Positions 36,681 through 45,459 are shown, numbered from the stretch's first letter. The stretch: DNA of 64,000 bases from an uncultured Candidatus Saccharibacteria bacterium (GCA_964387675.1 CAYLWL010000002.1:22514-86513), one strand, 5' to 3'. The notes: generated from the letters alone by a model not told the origin. Translations and numbers: made by a program.

Positions 36681-37305
36681 TAATACAAACAGTTGGTAAT
36701 TCAGGCGATCGCTCTTGCGTGCGTAGCACGCAGAAAATGAGGTATGAGATATGAGAAATTAGGAACGACCTAATATCTCAAGGGAGAAGCCCGTTCTCAT
36801 TTCTTGTTTCTTGCGCGCTGCGCGCGCAGGGGAGGAAAGTCCGGACACCGGCGTGCGTGGCACGCAGCACGGGGCAAAGGGCAAATCGCAAAGGGCAGTC
36901 GGTTTAACCGAACTCTTTGCTCTTGGCTCTAAGCTATTTGCTGCGCGCTGCGCGCGCAAGCGTAGCGGCTAACAGCCGTCGTCCGCAAGGATAGAGGTGC
37001 GAGCAGAGACGCCGCGTGGCGAAAGCTTTACGCGGGGACCCAATCCTAAGCTCGTTGGTCTAGTCCTGCCATAGGGATAAAAAAGCAGGAGTGAAACGGC
37101 TAAATCCTTACAGGGTGTAAGGCCGTACTCCGATGTTACGCATCGGTTTGTGCCGCATTGAGCCAAAGAGTAATCGATGGCCCAGATAAATGATCGTCAG
37201 AGTGTTCCCGAATCCCGAATTACTTACGAATATACGAATTCGTATATTCGTGTAGATTCGTAATTAGCGAATACTCCACAGAATCCGGCTTACGAATTGC
37301 CAACG
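36681..37305 (+). ncRNA. rnpB: RNase P RNA (bacterial type), unusually long because of inserted repeat hairpins
   Basis: P4 5' strand GGAGGAAAGTCCGGAC at 36831-36846. P4 3' strand ACAGAATCCGGCTTA at 37278-37292. P1 pairing gttggtaattc (36681-36691) with gaattgccaac (37295-37305). Terminator immediately 3'. Confidence 0.75.
36733..36811. repeat. ATGAGA-family hairpin located inside rnpB at the P3 position
   Basis: gaaaatgaggtatgagatatgagaaattaggaacgacctaat...gttctcatttcttgtttc lies between the P1/P2 5' strands and the P4 5' strand. Confidence 0.65.
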
Positions 37306-37308
37306 AAT

Positions 37309-37345
37309 GAAAAATCCCTCCGACTGCGGTCGGAGGGATTTTCTT
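37309..37345. terminator. bidirectional rho-independent terminator (rnpB on +, mgtC on -)
   Basis: aaaaatccctccgac tgcg gtcggagggattttctt, with T/A runs on both sides. Confidence 0.75.
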
Positions 37346-37826
37346 AGTCAACATGATTGTCATCTCCAGATTCCACTTTCTTGCCGGGCCGGATTATTTC
37401 ATATAACCCGACTTTCCTTAAGAAATAGAGCAATCCTGTTATGATTAACGCCGTAGTGAAGGCAAATTTGATAAGACCAAGACCAACGAGCGTACCTATG
37501 GCCGCTGTGGCCCACACAACCGCAGCCGTTGTAAGGCCGCGTACGTGTTCGCCGGACTTAAGGATAATGCCGCCGCCGAGAAATCCAACACCGACCACGA
37601 TGTTGGAAACAACCCTGTCCGAGATAGTATTCAGGTTTTCGGGGTCTAAATTGAACACCTCCGGCATAACCAGAGAGATCATTGCGAACAAGCCGGCGCC
37701 GCCGGAAACAAGCATGGACGTTCTTATGCCGGCATCTTTGCCCAAAAGCTCTCTTTCAAGGCCTATTAACGCGCCCAAAGCAAGAGAGACCACCAGCCGC
37801 AAAACCATTTGTTCGAATGAAAGCAT
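37344..37826 (-). CDS. mgtC: MgtC/SapB family membrane protein
   Basis: LVVSLALGALIGLERELLGKDAGIRTSMLVSGGAGLFAMIS matches the MgtC signature. Confidence 0.75.
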   Translation of the reverse strand: MLSFEQMVLRLVVSLALGALIGLERELLGKDAGIRTSMLVSGGAGLFAMISLVMPEVFNLDPENLNTISDRVVSNIVVGVGFLGGGIILKSGEHVRGLTTAAVVWATAAIGTLVGLGLIKFAFTTALIITGLLYFLRKVGLYEIIRPGKKVESGDDNHVD

Positions 37827-37915
37827 TGGTTTATAATGTTGATTATAGCATAATCAACAATTTCCAATTTTACAACTCGAAATTTTCAATGATTTATTGA
37901 GAGTTTCAACAAAAT

Positions 37916-39229
37916 ATGGACAGAACTTATATCGGCAAAATCAAAGAAAAAATTGGAGAGAAAATAACGATCGAGGGTTTTGTGCAGACCGTCCGTGACC
38001 AGGGGAGTATTAAGTTTTTCATCGTGCGCGACGTGTCCGGCACCGTTCAGGTGGTGATCACGAAAAACAGCGCGGAGGCAATGAATGTCGCGAAGTTCGT
38101 AAGTTTGGAATCTGTTGTCAAAATTGAGGGGTTAGCTAAAGAAGAGGCTCAAGCTCCAGGCGGGTTCGAAGTTGCTGCAGAAAGCGTAGAAATTTTATCT
38201 CGCGCGAACCCCGAATTGCCGATCCCTGTTGTCGAAAAAGGAGCCGAAGAAACCGATCAACAGATCCGTTTGGATTGGAGGTGGATTGATTTGCGAAAAC
38301 CGGAGAAAGCCTTGATTTTCAAAGTGTGGACGACAATGGAGCAGGCGTTTAGAAACTTTTTTATTGAAAACGGATTTATCGAAATTCATTCGCCAAAATT
38401 GACGGCAACCGCCACGGAGTCCGGTGCTGAATTATTCGAGGTTAAATATTTTGATCGCAAGGCGCATCTTGCCCAATCGCCGCAGTTATACAAGCAAATG
38501 GCCATGGCGGCGGGGTTCGAAAAAGTTTTCGAGGTTGGGCCGGTTTTCCGGGCGAATCCTTCATTTACATCCCGGCATGATACGGAGTTCACTATGTACG
38601 ATATCGAAATGTCTTTTGTTTCTTCGCATCATGACCTGATGGACGTTGAAGAAAAAATGGTTGTCGCGATGCTTGCGGCGGTAAAAGAAAAGTACGGCGA
38701 CGAAATACAAAAAGCATATAACCGCGAAGTTATCGTGCCCAAAACCCCATTCCCTCGATTAACCATAAAAGAGGCAAAAGAAATTCTAGGGCGTTTGGGC
38801 ACTCCGAGCGAGCGTGGCGGCGACATGAGCCCGGAAGAAGAACGAGCTATCTCGGAACATGTGCGAAAAGAAACCGGAAACGAGTTTTTATTCCTTCACG
38901 AATTTCCGACTAAGGTCCGCGCCTTTTACAGTATGAGAAAAGATGATGACCCGACCGTAACCAAGAGTTTTGACCTGCTCTGGAACGGCATGGAAATTAC
39001 GAGTGGCGCCCAGAGAGAGCACAGGGTTGAACAATTGGAGAAGCAAATTAAGGAGCAGGGACTCAATCCGGCATCGTTCGAAACATATCTTAACTTTTTC
39101 CGATACGGGTGTCCTCCTCACGGCGGTTTTGCGCCCGGCCCTACGCGGATGCTGATGAAACTCTTTGATATAGCAAATGTCCGCGAGGTCACGTATCTCT
39201 ATCGTGGAGTAAAGAGATTAGAGCCATAA
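37916..39229 (+). CDS. aspS: aspartate--tRNA ligase, class IIb archaeal/eukaryotic-type (AspRS/AsnRS family)
   Basis: N-terminal OB fold, QSPQLYKQMAMAAGFEKVFEVGPVFRANPSFTSRHDTEFTMYD (motif 2), C-terminal GGFAPGPTRMLM (motif 3). Asp versus Asn specificity not resolvable by eye. Confidence 0.65.
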   Translation: MDRTYIGKIKEKIGEKITIEGFVQTVRDQGSIKFFIVRDVSGTVQVVITKNSAEAMNVAKFVSLESVVKIEGLAKEEAQAPGGFEVAAESVEILSRANPELPIPVVEKGAEETDQQIRLDWRWIDLRKPEKALIFKVWTTMEQAFRNFFIENGFIEIHSPKLTATATESGAELFEVKYFDRKAHLAQSPQLYKQMAMAAGFEKVFEVGPVFRANPSFTSRHDTEFTMYDIEMSFVSSHHDLMDVEEKMVVAMLAAVKEKYGDEIQKAYNREVIVPKTPFPRLTIKEAKEILGRLGTPSERGGDMSPEEERAISEHVRKETGNEFLFLHEFPTKVRAFYSMRKDDDPTVTKSFDLLWNGMEITSGAQREHRVEQLEKQIKEQGLNPASFETYLNFFRYGCPPHGGFAPGPTRMLMKLFDIANVREVTYLYRGVKRLEP

Positions 39230-39233
39230 TACC

Positions 39234-40307
39234 ATGCAAGGAATTGATTTCCCTCTGTCAAAAACTAAACAAGAATCAGGCCGCAAGTTCAACTTAAACG
39301 ATCCTCGCGATCGGCAGAGGTATTTTTCGTCGAAAGTTGGAGCGGAGATCGAAAAGCTCAAAAAGTATCTTGCGAGCGGAAAAACGTTTGTCGGCTATCT
39401 TTTGGGTAAAAAGAATTCGGGGAAAGGGACGTATTCGAAACTTTTTATGGAAGCGTTAGGAACGGATCGCGTGGGCCACGTCGCGGTGGGGGATATTGTG
39501 CGCGACGTGCACTCCGGCCTTGCCGACCCCGCGACGAAAAAAGAACTCTCTGATTTTTTGAGCAAGAACTATCGGGGGTTCCACAGTTTGGAAGAAATTG
39601 AGCAGGTTATCGAAGGGCGGAGCCAGTCGACCCTAGTCCCCACGGAGCTTATCCTTGCTCTCTTAAAGTTTGAAATCAGCAAACGCCCCCGACAAGCGCT
39701 TTTTATCGACGGCTTTCCTCGCGGCCTCGATCAGATCGGTTATTCGCTCTATTTGAAAGAGCTTTTGGGATACCGCGATGACCCGGACTTTTTCGTTTTT
39801 ATCAGTTTGCCGAATACCGTCCTCGACGAGAGGATCAAGTACCGCGTGATCTGCCCGATCTGCAAAACTCCGAGGAGCACCAAGCTGTTGGCGACGAGCG
39901 GAGCCGGCTACGACGAGGCGGCAAGAAAGTTCTATCTGATATGCGATAATCCGCCCTGCAACAAAGCGCGTATGGTTCCCAAAGAAGGAGACGAGCTGGG
40001 GATCGAGCCCATCCGCGCCCGGCTTGAAACCGACGACCAGATTTTCCGAAAGTTGCTCGAGCTCCAAGGCGTGCCGAAGGTGTATCTCCGCAACGCGGTG
40101 CCCTCCGCCGAAGCAAAAGAATACGTGGATGATTACGAACTTACTCCGGCGTACGGCTACGAGCTTGACCAAGCAACGAAGAACGTAAAGATTCTCGAGT
40201 CCCCGTGGGTCGTTGAGGATGACGACGGCATCCCGTCATACAGTTTATTACCGCCGGCGGTTGTGGTGTCGTTAATCCGGCAAGTAGTCCACGTGCTCAA
40301 ACTTTAG
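39234..40307 (+). CDS. divergent adenylate-kinase-family protein with N- and C-terminal extensions
   Basis: GYLLGKKNSGKGTYSKLF (P-loop like Adk GxPGxGKGT), FIDGFPRGLDQ (Adk NMP-binding motif), zinc LID ICPICKT...CDNPPC. 357 aa versus about 215 for canonical Adk. Confidence 0.55.
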   Translation: MQGIDFPLSKTKQESGRKFNLNDPRDRQRYFSSKVGAEIEKLKKYLASGKTFVGYLLGKKNSGKGTYSKLFMEALGTDRVGHVAVGDIVRDVHSGLADPATKKELSDFLSKNYRGFHSLEEIEQVIEGRSQSTLVPTELILALLKFEISKRPRQALFIDGFPRGLDQIGYSLYLKELLGYRDDPDFFVFISLPNTVLDERIKYRVICPICKTPRSTKLLATSGAGYDEAARKFYLICDNPPCNKARMVPKEGDELGIEPIRARLETDDQIFRKLLELQGVPKVYLRNAVPSAEAKEYVDDYELTPAYGYELDQATKNVKILESPWVVEDDDGIPSYSLLPPAVVVSLIRQVVHVLKL

Positions 40308-40315
40308 TTTTTATT

Positions 40316-40897
40316 ATGGCCGATCTTGACCCGCGTTTACATTTCGTAGTGCCGACCGCGATCGTCGTGAAAAACGGGAAATTTTTGATCGCCAAACGTG
40401 CCGCCCACGAAAAGGCGTTTCCGGATAAATGGACGGTGCCCGGAGGCAAGCTGGTGCTCCATGAATATGAGCACCTGCCACGGGGTTTTCGTGGTCGTCA
40501 TGATGACGACCACGGCGAAGGAGGGGTCGGGAGGAAAGTACAAGGTTCCTCCCGTGTAGGAGATTATTCAGAACTGAGGGTTCTGAAGGAGGAGCGAAGC
40601 GACGACCCGCAATGGTACAACGTCGTGGAGTGGGTGCTTCGAAAAGAAGTTCGCGAAGAAGTCGATTTGGAGATCGAGAAGCCGCGGTATCTTTGCGATC
40701 TGGTTTTCGTGCGGCCGGACGGCTATCCGGTGGTAACACTCTCGTACTGGGCTTTCTACAAAAGCGGAGAAGTGAAACTTTGCAAGGACTTGACCGATTA
40801 CGCCTGGGTGACGGTTGAAGAGGCGAAGCAATACGATCTCATCGACGGCATCTGGGACGAAATCAAAGAAGTGGCAGATATCGTAAAAAAAGTATAA
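40316..40897 (+). CDS. NUDIX hydrolase with about 50-aa insertion inside the Nudix box
   Basis: WTVPGGKLV...[insert]...LRKEVREEVDL. The Nudix box GGx5E...REVxEE is split by a palindrome-rich insert at 40470-40625. Confidence 0.65.
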   Translation: MADLDPRLHFVVPTAIVVKNGKFLIAKRAAHEKAFPDKWTVPGGKLVLHEYEHLPRGFRGRHDDDHGEGGVGRKVQGSSRVGDYSELRVLKEERSDDPQWYNVVEWVLRKEVREEVDLEIEKPRYLCDLVFVRPDGYPVVTLSYWAFYKSGEVKLCKDLTDYAWVTVEEAKQYDLIDGIWDEIKEVADIVKKV

Positions 40898-40911
40898 GGA
40901 ACAGCTAAGAG

Positions 40912-41628
40912 TTATTCTTTGAATGCTTTGATTATCGGATCGAGGTCGCCATCCAAGATTCGTACTATATTATGAAACTTTTTCCCAAGGCGGTGATCGG
41001 TGATCCGGTCGTCGGGGAAGTTGTAGGTTCTGATTTTTTCCGAGCGGTCGCCGGTGCCCACCTGTTCCCTGCGCGTTGCGCCGAGTTTTCGAGCATCCGT
41101 TTCTTTTTGGAGGTCGTAGAGTTTCGCTCGTAACACCGCCATCGCCCGCTCGCGGTTCGCGTGCTGGGCTCGTTCCACGCGCGAGGAAACGACGATGCCG
41201 GTCGGTTTGTGGAGAATTCGCACCGCGCTCTCTATCTTGTTGACGTTTTGCCCGCCGGGGCCTCCGGCGCGCGAAAAAGTTACCTCAAGGTCATTCGGGT
41301 TTATAGTTACTTCTTTCGGTTCGACTTCCGGGATAATGGCAACGGTTGCGGTTGAGGTGTGAACCCGGCCGGACTTCTCGGTGTCCGGTATCCTCTGGAT
41401 TCGGTGAACGCCGGACTCATGCCGAAGCGCCTCCAATATTCCGGCGCCGCCAACCTCGGCCACAAAAGTTTTGTACCCGTTGAGCGACGTTTGATTCGAG
41501 TCGAGAACCGCGAACGACCAGCCCCGCTTCGCGGCGTAGCGCTGGTACATTCTCGCGAGATCGCCGGCGAAGATCGCGGCTTCATCGCCGCCGACCCCTG
41601 CTCTAATTTCTAAGATAATTTTTTCCAT
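40912..41628 (-). CDS. prfA: class I peptide chain release factor, RF1-like (PDT motif), lacking N-terminal domain 1
   Basis: [26 protein letters not shown] (PxT codon-recognition motif), [22 protein letters not shown] (GGQ). Only 239 aa from MEKIIL. The 250 nt upstream is non-coding. Confidence 0.7.
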   Translation of the reverse strand: MEKIILEIRAGVGGDEAAIFAGDLARMYQRYAAKRGWSFAVLDSNQTSLNGYKTFVAEVGGAGILEALRHESGVHRIQRIPDTEKSGRVHTSTATVAIIPEVEPKEVTINPNDLEVTFSRAGGPGGQNVNKIESAVRILHKPTGIVVSSRVERAQHANRERAMAVLRAKLYDLQKETDARKLGATRREQVGTGDRSEKIRTYNFPDDRITDHRLGKKFHNIVRILDGDLDPIIKAFKE

Positions 41629-41924
41629 AATGTAGAGTATGTACGGAAATTCGCTGTTTGTCCAAATGAATAACCGCACCGCAGAGCGGTGCGGTGTCAC
41701 CGCTTAAGGATTGCGGTTATTCACCCATCCCCATTTGCTGTAAAATCTATGCATATGTACTATTTGAAGACGAAGTCGCCTTGCGGCTCTGATTGTGTAA
41801 TAGCTCAATCTCTGCCACAAATGGGGAGGGGTTTATTATTCACGCGTCGCAATTCATCCCGCCCGGGCTTCGACTGAACTCAGCCGAATGTCCAAGCGGG
41901 CGGGTATTCTTGCGAGTGAATAAT

Positions 41925-41958
41925 AAAAAATCCCCGTTTCCGGGCGGAAAGGGGGATT
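41925..41958 (-). terminator. rho-independent terminator for the membrane-protein gene at 41957-42469
   Basis: Minus strand reads aatcccccttt ccgcccgg aaacggggatttttt. Confidence 0.65.
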
Positions 41959-42469
41959 ACTTTGCGAGTTGAATCAGCTCCTGGAGTCCCAGTGCGACCA
42001 GGTACATCTTGAGGGCGCTGCCGGCGACCATCAGCACGATACACAAAATTCTATTGAGTTTGAGCGCCTTGCTTGATGCCGGTCCGAGCCACAGGAGATA
42101 CGGCACAAATCCGAAGAGCGGCATGGCGTAGTAGGGGATTTTCTTGATATAAGGGAAGTACCACTTTTCTTCCAGTTCCGATACTTCTTCTTCGTCGCGT
42201 TTTGAGGGCCAAAATCGCGTGAGGACGGGGAGGGATTTATCGGTAATCCAAAACCATAAGTAGATGTGCATGCAGTCGCAAGCGATCGCTATGCAGATCG
42301 CGGTGAACACGGGAACTTCAAGAATCAGCCACAATCCTATGCCGGTTTCTCCCTGAATCATGGTCCACACGAGCGCGCCGGCATATGCCTTGTTAAAGTA
42401 TCCGACTGCGAGCGGAAGAAGAAGCAAGAACGAAAAAAAGGCGACCCAAGCCCTTAGTTGTTTTAACAA
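41957..42469 (-). CDS. hypothetical membrane protein
   Basis: 170 aa, 4-5 TM helices. Confidence 0.4.
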   Translation of the reverse strand: MLKQLRAWVAFFSFLLLLPLAVGYFNKAYAGALVWTMIQGETGIGLWLILEVPVFTAICIAIACDCMHIYLWFWITDKSLPVLTRFWPSKRDEEEVSELEEKWYFPYIKKIPYYAMPLFGFVPYLLWLGPASSKALKLNRILCIVLMVAGSALKMYLVALGLQELIQLAK

Positions 42470-42528
42470 GCACTCCTCCTATTCGGACACGGAGAACTCC
42501 CTCTAGTATGCCTCAAGTACCGCAAAAA

Positions 42529-43101
42529 TCAAGCGTGTTTATCGATTCTTTCAACATAATCCCCGGTTTCGGTGTTGATTCGTATGACATCCCCTTGATT
42601 TATGAAAAGGGGAGCCGAGACCTTCGCGCCGCCCTCGAGCGTAACCACTTTCGTTCCGCCCTGGGCGGTGTTGCCGCGTATCGCCGGCGGCGCTTCGGCA
42701 ACTTCAAAATCCATTTTGATCGGAAGTTTGACGTTGATTATTTTTTCACCGAACATCAGCAACTCCACTTTTGTGTTCGGTTTCAGAAATTGTCTCGGTT
42801 CGCCCAATGTCTCTGCGGGTATGGAAAATCTGTTTTTGGGATTATGTTCTTCGGTAAACCAATATTGGTCGCGATGGGCGTAGATGAATATGGCCGGCTT
42901 TTTTTCTGTCTCCGTTTCTTCAAAATAATCGCTCTGCTGGAAGTTGCGGTCCAACACTTTTCCGGTGACGAGATTTCGGATCTTCGTTTGCACCACCGCT
43001 TTGCGCTGTTGCATCCGCAAAAAATGGGACTCCAAGACCTCGTACGGGTCGCCGTCCATGACGAACATTATTCCTTTGGTGAGGTCGGTGTAGGAAAGCA
43101 T
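42529..43101 (-). CDS. efp: elongation factor P
   Basis: MLSYTDLTKGIMFVMDGDPYEVLESHFLRMQQRKAVVQTKIRNLVTGKV... matches EF-P domain I-III architecture. Confidence 0.85.
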   Translation of the reverse strand: MLSYTDLTKGIMFVMDGDPYEVLESHFLRMQQRKAVVQTKIRNLVTGKVLDRNFQQSDYFEETETEKKPAIFIYAHRDQYWFTEEHNPKNRFSIPAETLGEPRQFLKPNTKVELLMFGEKIINVKLPIKMDFEVAEAPPAIRGNTAQGGTKVVTLEGGAKVSAPLFINQGDVIRINTETGDYVERIDKHA

Positions 43102-43110
43102 TGTTTAATA

Positions 43111-43140
43111 AGTGTCAGGTGTCAGGTGTCAGGTGTCAAG
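43111..43140. repeat. GTGTCAG tandem heptamer repeat
   Basis: gtgtcaggtgtcaggtgtcaggtgtcaag directly upstream of the efp start. Confidence 0.8.
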
Positions 43141-43252
43141 CACGACCCCTCCCAAAAAGCTGTTGCAATCAAAAACCGCGCCGATTTCTCGGAGCGGTTT
43201 TTGCGGCGAATGTCGGCTGCTAAAAGCTAATAGCTAAAACCTATCACCTCGT

Positions 43253-43555
43253 TTAGTACTCTTCCCTGCGGGGCGGTCGTTCGCCTCGGGTGCTTCCTTC
43301 CGGCTCTTCAATCTTGAGATTGACGCGGGCATTGTTCTTAATGCCTACGATCCTCAAAAGAGAACGGATGGACTTGGCGGTGGCTCCTTGTCTTCCGACA
43401 ACTTGCCCCATATCCATCGGATGTACTTTTAAGGAAAGCAGCACTCCCATCTCATCGACTTTCCGGTCGACTTTCACGTCATCCGGATGATCAACGAGGG
43501 ATTTAATCAGGTATTCAAGAAATTCCTGATCCGTCGCTGTTGCTTTGCTGGACAT
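43253..43555 (-). CDS. KH-domain RNA-binding protein (YlqC/UPF0109-like)
   Basis: GVLLSLKVHPMDMGQVVGRQGATAKSIRSLLRIVG matches the KH GxxG loop. Gene order rpsP-KH is conserved. Confidence 0.65.
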   Translation of the reverse strand: MSSKATATDQEFLEYLIKSLVDHPDDVKVDRKVDEMGVLLSLKVHPMDMGQVVGRQGATAKSIRSLLRIVGIKNNARVNLKIEEPEGSTRGERPPRREEY

Positions 43556-43572
43556 AATCTTTTTCTGATTCA

Positions 43573-43934
43573 GACCCCATCTCAAAAATAATCATCATAG
43601 TGCTTCAAGTGCTTATTTTTGAGATAGGGTCTCCCTTCGACCTTTCTTTTCTTTCGGTCCATTGACTTCGTTGAGGAGGCGATGCCGAGAATGAATCTAG
43701 GCATCGCCTGAAGTGAGTGGGGGATGGGAGGACTAACCTCCATTGCCGGGTGTTGCCGATCGAAGTTCTGCCAGAGTTTCCGGATTAAGAGTCCGGGCTT
43801 GTGACAGCACCGCCGTTCACCCAAGCACCGCAACCGTGGCCTTTGGTCACGGGGGACGCGCGATTTTTATCAAGGACAGCGCTTATTGTCCCTCACACCC
43901 CACACATTATGAGGATTTCTCCTCAACGAAGTCA
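43573..43934. other. non-coding structured element between rpsP and KH gene: local hairpin plus a 273-bp unit bounded by 17-bp inverted repeats
   Basis: Hairpin accccatctcaaaaata...tatttttgagatagggt (43573-43632). Terminal inverted repeat ttgacttcgttgaggag (43662-43678) / ctcctcaacgaagtcaa (43918-43934). Several internal hairpins. Confidence 0.5.
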
Positions 43935-43997
43935 ACGAGCTTCCTTCTGGATTATTACCGAGTAATTATAATCCCATTTCAAAACCTTGTCAAGCGA

Positions 43998-44387
43998 TTA
44001 CTCGGTTGCTGGTTTTTCGGTTGGCGCGGCTGTTTCCGTGGTCGGGGTCCCCGAAACTTCGGCTGTCGGAGCAACCGTTTCGGGAGTCGCTGCGGTTGCG
44101 GCAGGCGCTTCAACCTTTTCCGGTTTATTTATTTTGATCGCGATTTTCGGGCCGCTCACGGCGCCCGCTTTTACCAAGAGATTCCACACCGTTGGCGTGG
44201 GCTTGGCTCCCGATTTTATCCAGTACGCGACTCTCTCTTTCTCCGCGCTCACGGCTTTCGTGAAGGGGTTGTAGGAGCCCACGTCCTCAACCGGCGGCGC
44301 GATAAGCCGGGACCGTTTTTCGGCCACCACGATTCGGAAATGCGGCTGGTGTTTTTTGCCTATCCTTTGCAGTTTGATAGCAAGCAT
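43998..44387 (-). CDS. rpsP: 30S ribosomal protein S16 with Pro/Ala/Thr-rich C-terminal extension
   Basis: MLAIKLQRIGKKHQPHFRIVVAEKRSRLIAPPVEDVGSYNP. Confidence 0.85.
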   Translation of the reverse strand: MLAIKLQRIGKKHQPHFRIVVAEKRSRLIAPPVEDVGSYNPFTKAVSAEKERVAYWIKSGAKPTPTVWNLLVKAGAVSGPKIAIKINKPEKVEAPAATAATPETVAPTAEVSGTPTTETAAPTEKPATE

Positions 44388-44434
44388 TTTTGTAATAGTT
44401 TAGGGGATAAGGGGCTTTTCGTCAAATGGGGATT

Positions 44435-44980
44435 TTAGAACGAAACGAAAGCGAAAAAGACGAGCGCGAATATCACCATAAACATCTCCGCGTAAGACGT
44501 CTTGGTTTTCGCGTACGCCTTTGTCATATTCCAATAGAACCCGACAAGCGACCCGTCTTGGGGAAAGTCCAACACCAGCCCCGGTTCGAGCGCGTAGAGT
44601 TTTTTGCCGAAGGGCCAGCGCCACATGATTCCGTACTCGATGGAATCCAATAGCATATGGCTCATCGAACCAAGAAGCATAACAAACGTGAAGGTGTGGC
44701 CGTATGGTGAGTTCGCGAAAAGATACGCGATGCCGCAGAGCGCAAGCCACACGAGCGGCGCGTGAGACGGGCTCCGGCGATGGTTGAATTTGTTCACGCG
44801 GAGCCGGAGCGATTTGCCCACAACGAGTGTGATGACCTGATCCCAATCTACGATGACGGCCCAAAATATTCCCCAAAAAATCAGCGAGGTAATCTGCTGA
44901 TCCGGAAGCGGCTTGTTTGCGATTTCGAGCGCGGCATAGGTTACTGCGTATCCTGCCGCGGCATGTCCGATGGGGGTCAT
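44435..44980 (-). CDS. membrane-bound metal-dependent hydrolase-like protein (YdjM/DUF457-type)
   Basis: MTPIGHAAAGYAV N-terminus, His-rich polytopic membrane protein. Confidence 0.4.
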   Translation of the reverse strand: MTPIGHAAAGYAVTYAALEIANKPLPDQQITSLIFWGIFWAVIVDWDQVITLVVGKSLRLRVNKFNHRRSPSHAPLVWLALCGIAYLFANSPYGHTFTFVMLLGSMSHMLLDSIEYGIMWRWPFGKKLYALEPGLVLDFPQDGSLVGFYWNMTKAYAKTKTSYAEMFMVIFALVFFAFVSF

Positions 44981-44983
44981 ACA

Positions 44984-45022
44984 TTAGAATCCAGAATCTA
45001 GTGGCTAGAATCTAGAATTTTA
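44984..45022. repeat. TAGAA-family repeat
   Basis: cattagaatccagaatctagtggctagaatctagaattt. Confidence 0.65.
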
Positions 45023-45147
45023 GTGTAAAGAATATGGGGCGCCTTTGTGGGATTTTAGTGAACTTCGGGTCCTACGGCAAATTCCTTTTCACCGCGCCAC
45101 AAGCCATTTAGGCCCGCTTCGCCGGAGCTTCAGCGAGGCGAATGTTT

Positions 45148-45459
45148 TTATCTTCGCTTTTCGAGAAGCAAAACTCTCCGTTCCAAAGCCGCGAACTCAT
45201 CCACGTCAACTTTTCTCTTGAAACCGGCTTTGATAAATTCAATATCCTCTTTGACTATTTCCACGTCAATGGTCAACTTGCCCATCATTTCAGTATGAGT
45301 GTTCAAGGTTTCAGTATGGGCGCTCAAAGTCTTTTTTATGTCGCCGTACTGCTCGGCGACTAAGGAAACTTTATCGTCGACGTGTTCAATCATCACGCCG
45401 AGGTGGCGTAATTCCTGATGCAAGTTGGGCTGCCTTTTCGATTTTTTATGTTTAGCCAT
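45148..45459 (-). CDS. hypothetical coiled-coil protein
   Basis: 103 aa, heptad-like repeats (LNTHTEMMGKLTIDVEIVKEDIEFIK). Confidence 0.35.
   Translation of the reverse strand: MAKHKKSKRQPNLHQELRHLGVMIEHVDDKVSLVAEQYGDIKKTLSAHTETLNTHTEMMGKLTIDVEIVKEDIEFIKAGFKRKVDVDEFAALERRVLLLEKRR

Noticed and set aside
43105-43140. Possible CRISPR array (regular short repeats)
   Set aside because: These are contiguous 7-nt tandem repeats without spacers; other repeat families are inverted-repeat hairpins. No CRISPR repeat-spacer periodicity anywhere in the window and no cas genes.
43573-43990. tmRNA or SRP RNA in the rpsP-KH gap
   Set aside because: No tRNA-like T arm (GGTTCGAATCC) or ACCA acceptor end for tmRNA; no GGAAGCAGC/helix-8 motif for SRP RNA on either strand.
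43743-44438. 231-aa plus-strand ORF
   Set aside because: Overlaps rpsP on the opposite strand and the non-coding structured element; Gly/Arg-rich, no motifs.
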